Under the pieces are notes generated by a model, which made no database searches, had not been told where the DNA came from, and worked only from the letters and a program-made list of their open reading frames with translations. Below, one piece after another: positions 1-7,017 of a DNA stretch of 18,794 bases. Position numbers and translations under genes: made by a program. The DNA comes from Candidatus Thorarchaeota archaeon. GTDB taxonomy: Archaea > Asgardarchaeota > Thorarchaeia > Thorarchaeales > Thorarchaeaceae. Position 1 is the first letter of the stretch; every line of letters begins with the position of its first letter. Where the stretch lies: the NCBI GenBank assembly GCA_048884785.1, contig JBHLQM010000036.1:1-18794 (forward strand). Reading direction: 5' to 3'.

Positions 1-590
1 CTATCCATATAGATCTTCACGCCTCCAATCCTCAAATTTCCACTGAATTCCTGTCCAGGTTGATATGCTTGATACCAGTTGCCAAATCTCTCTAGTTGCC
101 AGTTCAATCGAAGGTAAGCATTGACACGAACACGAAGACGGTTTTCCTGATCTAAGGTAATCAACTCATCTAGGTGGTCTTGATTCACAAACAATTCTGA
201 GATACTCGTCCATCCATAACTCAGCACAGACTCAATCATTTCATCAGGTGTTGATTTGTTGAGATAATTCCATTGAAGAATCCAGTGAGCATGAGAGTCT
301 ATAAAGCCAGGTAGAAGTGCTCGTCCGTCAAGGTCGATTATTCGTGTGTTGGAACCTGCCATATCAAGAATCTGAGATTCATCACCGATTGCAATGATGG
401 TTTCTTCGTTTATGGCTATGGCATCAACTTGCGAAGGGGATTGCTCCATAGTGATGATATCACCGTTATGAAAAATAATTTCGGGTGAGAGGTCAGCATT
501 TGCATTCAGAATTCCTCCTAGAGCTATATACGCTGGAGATACTAACAAAAACATAAACAATAACATAACATGCAGTCTGAAACAATTCAG
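1..590 (-). CDS. Secreted metal-dependent amidohydrolase (YtcJ-like / Amidohydro_3), N-terminal part; runs off the left edge
   Basis: Not in the ORF track; translated by hand: (L)NCFRLHVMLLFMFLLVSPAYIALGGILNANADLSPEIIFHNGDIITME...AIAINEETIIAIGDESQI...TRIIDLDGRALLPGFIDSHAHW...GWTSISE...RLRVRVNAY...LRIGGVKIYMD. PGFIDxHxH and GxKxxxD are typical family motifs; the N-terminus is hydrophobic. Start uncertain: CTG at 590 (7 nt after GGAGG) or ATG at 566; an in-frame TGA at 633-635 bounds it. Confidence 0.85.
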   Translation of the reverse strand, partial: MNCFRLHVMLLFMFLLVSPAYIALGGILNANADLSPEIIFHNGDIITMEQSPSQVDAIAINEETIIAIGDESQILDMAGSNTRIIDLDGRALLPGFIDSHAHWILQWNYLNKSTPDEMIESVLSYGWTSISELFVNQDHLDELITLDQENRLRVRVNAYLRLNWQLERFGNWYQAYQPGQEFSGNLRIGGVKIYMD

Positions 591-664
591 CAGAATTCCT
601 CCTTTCTCATGGTGAATCTTTTCCCCTATGATTCACCTCAACCTAAGATGGTTGGCTACAAAGT

Positions 665-719
665 ATATAATCGTTCCATTCAATTTCTATTGAAGTTCGA
701 CTTCGAGAACCCTCGAAGT
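665..719 (-). promoter_or_regulatory. Putative promoter (BRE/TATA-like GAACGATTATAT on the minus strand) plus upstream palindrome ACTTCGAG-AACC-CTCGAAGT (700-719)
   Basis: Perfect 8-bp inverted repeat at 700-719. The block aligns without gaps to 2017-2071 (42/55 identical by manual count). Confidence 0.65.
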
Positions 720-732
720 ATACTAAAATGCA

Positions 733-752
733 ACTTTTAGAACTCTCGAAGT
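733..752. repeat. Second, degenerate copy of the palindrome (ACTTTTAG-AACT-CTCGAAGT)
   Basis: Right arm identical to the 700-719 copy, left arm 6/8; offset 33 bp. Confidence 0.7.
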
Positions 753-800
753 CGCAATAACACTCTACTTTGGCGCAATTATCCCGATTATTCACTACTC

Positions 801-1982
801 TCAGGGCAGTCTCGCGTATTCATGCCAAGGCCTTCGAGCTTTATCTTTGGGTGCATTCTTCGAGTTCCGGCAGAGAATGATTCCGATAGTAACTACACTG
901 ATTGTACTGGCGGCTAGCAGTAACTCAGCATAGCTAATTTCAGGTGTCGTAGGTGTCGTAGGGGTCGTATGCATTTCGGGAAACTCGACCGAATCGATTC
1001 CCAGGCTAAAGTTGTATTCAAGAGTTTCGTCACCAAAGTTCTCAAAGGCCGTGAAGATGACAGGAATATCTTGCGCATAGAATGGAAGCCAATAATCGTC
1101 TCTAATATCAGTGTGCGAAGCTTTCACCTCAATCTGTTGTGTCCCGTTTCCCACTGAGGCATTCTGAGGATACTCTAGGAATCCTTCACCAAAATGGAAC
1201 CTGTTATCTTCATGTTTAACAGTTGAAAACTCACGCACAGGTTCAGAATCTGAGTCGTAATATTCTGTGACCCTCACCTGAGGACTTAACATAAACACAA
1301 GAATCGAGTCATCATATGTCCAGTCCCACCCAGAGATTTGATAGTCGAGGTTGAAACGGTCTGGCGTTTTTGAGATGAAATGCGCCCCAATCTTTATCCC
1401 GATGTCCATAGAACGAGTGTGACCATCAACGCTGTCCCAATCCGTGATATCCACTAGAACTCGATCCCCATGGGTGATTGTCATATTAGCTGTGTAGTTT
1501 ACGTGTAATCCTGTTACTCCTTCCATCCCTGGCAAATCTGGTCCGGATGAAACTCGTTGATATCCAACCTGCCCACTCTTCTCCAATAGAAAATCACTAT
1601 AATTCCAGGAATCCCAAATGAAACTAAGTGGTACTATAGCACCCACTAGTTGGTCTATGCTTGGTGTGAAAGTACCATCTTTATTTGTATCAATTGCTTC
1701 GAAGAAAGCTGACCAAGCGAAATCATACCAAAAGATCCCAGAACCATCATCAGCTAAAGGTGCAGTACGATTGATGAAGTTGAATTGTGGGTTATCTGGA
1801 ATTCCATCGTACAGAAGGGAAGCGTCCACACGAATTGCATTAGTAAATACATAATAACAGCTACTTCCATCGTCGAAAGTAAAATCTAGTTCGATTATAT
1901 CCAGCGATTGTGCATTTGTAAATGGTACAGATGATAGAAGAAATACCACCACTAGAGTGATTATTGCTTCTTTTTTGATCAT
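801..1982 (-). CDS. Cell-surface protein: signal peptide, acidic/aromatic beta-rich ectodomain, Thr/Pro linker, C-terminal TM anchor
   Basis: MIKKEAIITLVVVFLLSSVPFTNA signal; DTNKDG (Dx[DN]xDG-like) motif; several N-x-S/T sequons (NRT, NYS, NYT, NMT, NAS, NGT, NFS); TTPTTPTTP linker; hydrophobic LLLAASTISVVTIGIILC followed by a basic tail; AGGTGG ribosome-binding site upstream. Confidence 0.8.
   Translation of the reverse strand: MIKKEAIITLVVVFLLSSVPFTNAQSLDIIELDFTFDDGSSCYYVFTNAIRVDASLLYDGIPDNPQFNFINRTAPLADDGSGIFWYDFAWSAFFEAIDTNKDGTFTPSIDQLVGAIVPLSFIWDSWNYSDFLLEKSGQVGYQRVSSGPDLPGMEGVTGLHVNYTANMTITHGDRVLVDITDWDSVDGHTRSMDIGIKIGAHFISKTPDRFNLDYQISGWDWTYDDSILVFMLSPQVRVTEYYDSDSEPVREFSTVKHEDNRFHFGEGFLEYPQNASVGNGTQQIEVKASHTDIRDDYWLPFYAQDIPVIFTAFENFGDETLEYNFSLGIDSVEFPEMHTTPTTPTTPEISYAELLLAASTISVVTIGIILCRNSKNAPKDKARRPWHEYARLP
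942..968. repeat. 9-bp tandem repeat x3 (AGGTGTCGT/AGGGGTCGT) encoding the TTP linker
   Basis: aggtgtcgt aggtgtcgt aggggtcgt read directly. Confidence 0.85.
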
Positions 1983-2016
1983 TCTGAACCACCTTCTATA
2001 AATATGTCAAATAGGA

Positions 2017-2071
2017 ATATAATCGTTCTATTCCAATTCCATAGAAGCACCACTTCGAGTATTATCGAACT
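2017..2071 (-). promoter_or_regulatory. Putative promoter of the 801..1982 gene; paralogous to 665-719, with palindrome copy ACTTCGAG-TATT-ATCGAACT (2052-2071)
   Basis: Identical 12-mer ATATAATCGTTC and the same 35-bp offset to the palindrome as in 665-719; TATA-like element about 35 nt upstream of the ATG. Confidence 0.65.
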
Positions 2072-2083
2072 CATAAACACACC

Positions 2084-2956
2084 TCAAACTAGTGCTGCAC
2101 TTATCAAAGCTAAGAGCAGAAGGTTCAGATTTGTGAGTATAAGAGTAACAATAACAGCTCGAGACGGCCTCACTGTCTTTGCCCTAGCAAGTGCTATTGT
2201 CAGAATGCAGGTGCTCCATGAGATGATACCAGTCAGGAATATTGTGAGGAGCCAGCCGCTAGGAAAGTTCCACGAAGGATTATAGAACCAGATGAGCTCT
2301 ACGAGTAAATGAGGAACAAAGGCCATGGGTGTAGAGGCAAGGAGCCCTCTGGAAAGGCCACTTTTTCCCAGAATGGGTATTGACAATGCCTCAACGAGCA
2401 GAAATGTTGCTACCCATGCAAGCAGAGCTGCAACTATTGTGATCCCTGTATCGAAAGATCCTTGCAGGAAGAAGAGAAAGACTGGGAGAAGACCTACTTG
2501 TGCAGCCAGGTATCCATATAGTCCGAGAAAGACAACAATCTCAAAGAAGAAACGCAATGGATCAGCTTGAATTCGTCTGATAATCGGTGCCATGGTCAAT
2601 ATATCTTGAATGACATATCTGGTTCTACCTTCACGCTCCTCTGTTGGCAGGACAGATTCTACTTGATCCTCACTCTGTTGTATAATTGCATATGCCGCTT
2701 GACCCAACTCTGTAAGAGAATACAACTTCTCTGAAGTGCGCGACACCAAGGGGTCATCAGACTTACTAAGATTATCCAGATGGAAATACAGAGTGCCTGG
2801 TTCCAGTTTCAAATCTGTAAGATCTGTGTATGAAACTGCCCCTTGATTCCCAATCATAGCGATGATTTGGCGTCTGATGAGATGGGATAATGCGCTGTGC
2901 ACACTATCCATTACGGAGTTTCTATTCCGCCGTATGACGCCACCTCCAATCAACAT
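2084..2956 (-). CDS. Membrane-tethered transcription regulator: N-terminal ArsR-like winged helix plus about 5 TM helices
   Basis: ALSHLIRRQII...VSYTDL...LEPGTLYFHLDNL...YSLTELG is an ArsR-type wHTH pattern; the C-terminal ~155 aa contain about five hydrophobic segments. The real start may be ATG 2911 (MDSVH). Confidence 0.8.
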   Translation of the reverse strand: MLIGGGVIRRNRNSVMDSVHSALSHLIRRQIIAMIGNQGAVSYTDLTDLKLEPGTLYFHLDNLSKSDDPLVSRTSEKLYSLTELGQAAYAIIQQSEDQVESVLPTEEREGRTRYVIQDILTMAPIIRRIQADPLRFFFEIVVFLGLYGYLAAQVGLLPVFLFFLQGSFDTGITIVAALLAWVATFLLVEALSIPILGKSGLSRGLLASTPMAFVPHLLVELIWFYNPSWNFPSGWLLTIFLTGIISWSTCILTIALARAKTVRPSRAVIVTLILTNLNLLLLALISAALV

Positions 2957-3094
2957 TACAAGCGAGTATAGGTTATGACAAGCTCTACCACAGAATTATC
3001 CTATCGTTTCTTACTAAAAGTAACTAAAATATTTTTGTTATTATTATTTTTTAACTTACTATTCCATTCTTTGAAACCTGAAGGAGAAATAGTT

Positions 3095-3118
3095 GGGCTC
3101 TAGCTTAAGCTAGAACCC
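3095..3118. other. Inverted repeat GGGCTCTAGCTTAAGCTAGAACCC (terminator hairpin or operator)
   Basis: Perfect 16-bp palindrome TCTAGCTTAAGCTAGA at 3099-3114 flanked by GGG/CCC; about 25 nt downstream of the 3144 stop. Confidence 0.5.
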
Positions 3119-3143
3119 GTAAGGACCAAAGCAAAGCAATAGT

Positions 3144-3347
3144 CTAGGTGCTGTCCACCTTCGCCAATTTACCATTGTAGTGTGAGCAAGTAATTACACC
3201 TGCTGTGACAAAAACTAGACCTCCAAGTATGGTGGCAAAGATCCAGTCTATTGCACCAGTACTGTAGTAGGTGCACATATTCGCACCCACGAACACAAAG
3301 ATCAATATCCCAAGTACAGCGACCAATAGTTTCTCATTTTTCTTCAA
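3144..3347 (-). CDS. Small two-TM membrane protein, hypothetical
   Basis: 67 aa with two hydrophobic segments; its TTG start overlaps the TGA of the upstream gene (TTGA 3344-3347), suggesting translational coupling. Confidence 0.65.
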   Translation of the reverse strand: MKKNEKLLVAVLGILIFVFVGANMCTYYSTGAIDWIFATILGGLVFVTAGVITCSHYNGKLAKVDST

Positions 3348-3631
3348 TCGGCATCATCTCCCACGGAATTTTTTTCCATATCAATTTCAGTGATTTCGCT
3401 AAATCTCAAGTATATCCTCAGGATCCCATAACTTCCCCTGACCTCAAGTATCTCAGGTTCCACAAATGAAGCCTGTTCAAGTTCTCCAATTGTTCCTTCT
3501 ATAATGATACCTTCATTTTCATTCTTAGCTGTATGCCAGTGTTTATTGGAATCGAGTTCAATAGAGAAGTCGCGTTCACCATTTTCGTTTACTTGAATAG
3601 CCATCTTGAATGCCTCATGACAATCATTCAC
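3344..3631 (-). CDS. Small archaeal hypothetical protein (beta-rich)
   Basis: FSIEL...IIIEGTIGEL...F.E..ILEVRGSYGILRI resembles a conserved uncharacterised archaeal family (recollection only); start GTG 3631 or ATG 3604. Confidence 0.65.
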   Translation of the reverse strand: MNDCHEAFKMAIQVNENGERDFSIELDSNKHWHTAKNENEGIIIEGTIGELEQASFVEPEILEVRGSYGILRIYLRFSEITEIDMEKNSVGDDAD

Positions 3632-3698
3632 CGGTATTTGTGATAACGTTTAATTAACGCGAATGCGAAATTTTCATCAAGGATGCGAAAAAATTACT

Positions 3699-4472
3699 AT
3701 GGCAAGACACGAAGAAGATTCTGAGGTTTCCAAGGTTCTTTTTGAACTTGCCAGCAATAGGAGGGCAAGTATTCTTTTCGAGTTGGAAAAGCAGGGTCTC
3801 AAGATGAAGCAGATAGCCAAAGCTCTTGACATGAATGTCACTGAAACTTTCAGGCACCTTCAAAGACTTGGTGATGCAAAACTTGTTGAGAAGCAAGTTG
3901 ACGGAACCTATGAAGCAACCCCTCTGGGCAACCTAGCTGTTGGTCTTCTTTCAACTATGAATTTTATTCTGAAACACGGGGACTATTTCTTGGAACACGA
4001 TCTTTCTCGTCTTCCATATGAGTTTCTCAATAGGCTTGGGGAACTATCAAATGGAGAGTTTTGTGAAAACACACTTGTCAATTTCAATCGAGTCAGAAGT
4101 ATGGTTTACGACGCAGATGAGTTCATTTGGGCGATGGCTGAGCAAAGTGAATCGAGTCATGTTCAGGTAACAAACGAGAAGGTTTCAAAGGGGCTAGAAT
4201 TCAAGTTTATTATGCAGGAGGACCTTGCAAAGACAATTAAGGTTGTCCCAGAAGTAGAGCATCTAAAGCAACGTAGGTTTCTTGAACGTATCTGTGTCAC
4301 GTTCTTAATAACTGAAAAAGAGTCGGTCGTAAACTTTCGCAGACGTGATGGTGAAATGCATTACATTGGCTTTTTTGGGAAAGATGACAAGTTCCGTAAA
4401 TGGACGCAAGACCTCTTCATGTACTATTGGGAACGCGCTGAACCGTGGTATCTAGAAATGCAGAATAAGTGA
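3699..4472 (+). CDS. Winged-helix transcription regulator (ArsR-like HTH plus DUF1724/FilR1-middle-like domain)
   Basis: LFELASNRRASILFEL...MKQIAKALDMNVTETFRHLQRLGDAKLVEK..DGTYEATPLG wHTH; YFLEHDLSRLPYEFLNRLGEL and KFRKWTQDLFMYYWERA match this common archaeal architecture. Start set at ATG 3699 (track ORF begins at 3663). Confidence 0.85.
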   Translation: MARHEEDSEVSKVLFELASNRRASILFELEKQGLKMKQIAKALDMNVTETFRHLQRLGDAKLVEKQVDGTYEATPLGNLAVGLLSTMNFILKHGDYFLEHDLSRLPYEFLNRLGELSNGEFCENTLVNFNRVRSMVYDADEFIWAMAEQSESSHVQVTNEKVSKGLEFKFIMQEDLAKTIKVVPEVEHLKQRRFLERICVTFLITEKESVVNFRRRDGEMHYIGFFGKDDKFRKWTQDLFMYYWERAEPWYLEMQNK

Positions 4473-4531
4473 GGGCAATCACAGTGATCATCAACGGTTT
4501 TGTGAAACTATTATCCACATCTATTGAAATA

Positions 4532-6058
4532 TCATACATTGACTATTGGAAGTTGTATCACGAATCTTGCGCCTTTTGAAAAGTCGCCGCTAATTCTATC
4601 TTCTACCCATATCCTGCCGTTACATAGGTCTATTATTTGCTTTGCAAGAGTGAGCCCAATTCCCGAAACTGCTGTTTTTCCTTCATCTAGTCTGCCTAAG
4701 ATACCACCCTTCTTGCTATCAGGAACTCCAACACCTCTATCTTCAACTGTCACCTGAAGCAAGGATTTGTCTGTGGATAATCCTGCATTTATATCCAGAA
4801 CTACAGGTTCTTTGGTATCGTATTTAACCGCATTGTGAAAAAGATTATAGAATACATCGACGAGGAATTCGGTTCCACGAACAAAGTAGGCGCCTGGACT
4901 GATGTTGGAGTTAACCATTATTCTCCTGCTGGGAAATGTACTCTTGATAGAAGCAATAGCCTTGGAAACTGGTATGTAGATATCTGTTCGAACTTGCTGC
5001 ATTGCCGATGATTTGGCATCTGATAATCTCCTTACCCTAGAAATAAGATCTGCAGCTCTTTGTAGCTGCGAGATAGCGCTTTCAAGAAGCATCTTGCTAT
5101 GAGGTGTAATCTTCTCCTGGAAGGATATGAGCTCGAGTCCAGTCATCATGCCTTGGTGAATGTTATTCAAGTCATGGCTCATTAAGTCTATCAGAAACTC
5201 AGTGAACTTCCTTGCATCCTCAGCTTCTTTCTGAGCGCTATGCCTTCTTGTTACCTCAATGAAAATTGCAAGGACAGCGAGCTCTCCTTGGTAAACGATT
5301 CTTGCCCCATGCACTTCAAACCATAGAATTTCTCCATCTTTTCTGATGGCTCGAAATTCGAAAGATTCAGGAACTGGTTTCTTCTCAAGCCTATCTCGGA
5401 ACCTGGCAAAAAAAGGAGCTCGGTCTTCAGGATGGACTAGTTTGTATACTTCTTCTTCCTTCCAATGCAGCATTTCCTCTCTTGAGTAGTACAGCATTTT
5501 TTCGATTGCATCATTCACATATACTATCCTCAATGGGTTCGCCTGGGCAATCGTTATCCCCAAAACTGGTTGCCCTGTGAGGGCCCGATATTTTTCCTCA
5601 CTTTCCGTCAGGGCTTCAAGAACACGAACTTGATCTGAAATATCTCTTGCAAATCCTAGTGCGCCCAGCGGTGTTTTCTTTTCATCTCTCAGCAATAACC
5701 ATGAACTCTCTAACCAGATAGATGCTCCATCCTGGTGTTTTGCCTCAACCCGAATCATTCGGGGTATTTGAAGAATGGCGTCGATAGAATCCATTGATAG
5801 GGCATCAGTGAACGCTTTGCTTACAAGTGAAAATGATTCCGGCGTGATAAGTTCATCTAATGTCTTTTTCAACATCTCTTCTTGCGAATATCCAAGAAGA
5901 TTTCCTGCCATTGGACTTAAGTATGTCAGTTTGAGATTCATATCAATTGCCCATATTATCTCGGCAAATCTGTCCTGGGCTCTTCTTTTTTCTAATTCGG
6001 CAAGAAGAATTCTGTATTCTTCTTCTGATATGAAGGGTTTCATGAATTCGTATTTCAT
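4532..6058 (-). CDS. Cytoplasmic PAS-PAS sensor histidine kinase
   Basis: Two PAS/PAC domains (YLSP...LLGYSQEEM; VHPEDR...RKDGEILWFEV), H-box DLMSHDLNN, N-box NLFHNAVKY, G1 EDRGVGV, G2 SGIGLTLAK; no TM segment. Confidence 0.93.
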   Translation of the reverse strand: MKYEFMKPFISEEEYRILLAELEKRRAQDRFAEIIWAIDMNLKLTYLSPMAGNLLGYSQEEMLKKTLDELITPESFSLVSKAFTDALSMDSIDAILQIPRMIRVEAKHQDGASIWLESSWLLLRDEKKTPLGALGFARDISDQVRVLEALTESEEKYRALTGQPVLGITIAQANPLRIVYVNDAIEKMLYYSREEMLHWKEEEVYKLVHPEDRAPFFARFRDRLEKKPVPESFEFRAIRKDGEILWFEVHGARIVYQGELAVLAIFIEVTRRHSAQKEAEDARKFTEFLIDLMSHDLNNIHQGMMTGLELISFQEKITPHSKMLLESAISQLQRAADLISRVRRLSDAKSSAMQQVRTDIYIPVSKAIASIKSTFPSRRIMVNSNISPGAYFVRGTEFLVDVFYNLFHNAVKYDTKEPVVLDINAGLSTDKSLLQVTVEDRGVGVPDSKKGGILGRLDEGKTAVSGIGLTLAKQIIDLCNGRIWVEDRISGDFSKGARFVIQLPIVNV

Positions 6059-6110
6059 ATACTCACTTTAGGATGCATTCGCGCTTATTAGACTTAATCC
6101 GATGCTATTT

Positions 6111-6899
6111 CTAGACCAAAGTAATTATCATTCCCCATTGACCGATACTGAGTTGGAGTTCATCTCGGTATTCCTTTACATATCCCTCTTCAATTCTCAT
6201 GTTTGAATCGAGCTCTACTTGTCTTATCTGGTCATTCCATAGAACAAGTTTGACTGCTCCAGTATCATCTGACAATATTGCATCAGCCACCTTCAATTCT
6301 TGGCTTGTCTTCCTAGAAGTGACTGTTCTCGTATCCGAAATATTTTCCACTAATCCCTCTACAACCACCCTTTGCTGTTTGTCTTGCAGATCCCCAATTT
6401 TCGACATTGCTCGAGGAAATCCATTTGAAATTCGTTTTTCATAGTAATTCCCCCTCCAGGTGGGATAATCATTTGTAATTCCGATGTGAATGAATCCCAC
6501 CTTCATATAAAATGGATTAGTTCTTGTATTCCATTCAGGAGTTCCCAATGCCCATAAGTCTGCAGAGGGATAAGCTTCCCACATTAATTCAAAGACTCTC
6601 ATACCAATGCCCCTTCTCATGTATGCCGGGTCAACCCAAATTCTCTCACAGACTTGATATCCAGGTCCTCTGTTTCCTGCAATGAATCCCCCAATTACAT
6701 TTTCATCGCAGAGAATCTTGTAGTATTGTAGATAATGGTTTTTTATTCGGCTTTGGTTCCATTCAATCGAATCATAGCCTGGCGGACCCCCTGGGCCTGG
6801 AGCACCTACTTCTGAATCAGAGTCGAATGCTCTCTTGCATGTTTTCGTTAATATTTCAACATCCTCTAATTCGGCTCTTTGCAGCGTAATATCAGTCAC
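6111..6899 (-). CDS. GNAT N-acetyltransferase fused to a C-terminal SSB/RPA-type OB fold
   Basis: aa 1-~157: GNAT (GPPGYDS; motif A IWVDPAYMRRGIG; TPEWN...FYMKVGF). aa 165-262: KIGDL...VVVEGLV...RTV...VADAILSDDTGAVKLVLWND...IEEGYVKEYRDELQLSIGQWG, which follows the crenarchaeal-SSB/RPA OB pattern. GTG start. Confidence 0.88.
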   Translation of the reverse strand: MTDITLQRAELEDVEILTKTCKRAFDSDSEVGAPGPGGPPGYDSIEWNQSRIKNHYLQYYKILCDENVIGGFIAGNRGPGYQVCERIWVDPAYMRRGIGMRVFELMWEAYPSADLWALGTPEWNTRTNPFYMKVGFIHIGITNDYPTWRGNYYEKRISNGFPRAMSKIGDLQDKQQRVVVEGLVENISDTRTVTSRKTSQELKVADAILSDDTGAVKLVLWNDQIRQVELDSNMRIEEGYVKEYRDELQLSIGQWGMIITLV

Positions 6900-7017
6900 A
6901 GTAGAAACGCCCCCGAAAGTTCAGACACAACTGTGCTATCAGGTCTTCTCTCAATCTTGACGAGCTATGCATCGACCCACCTGCTACATATGCTTCTCCT
7001 TCTACAGAAAGTGTTCA

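Noticed and set aside
700-752. Two similar palindromes 33 bp apart as a mini-CRISPR array
   Set aside because: Only two adjacent units, a 13-nt gap far too short for a spacer, and no cas genes.
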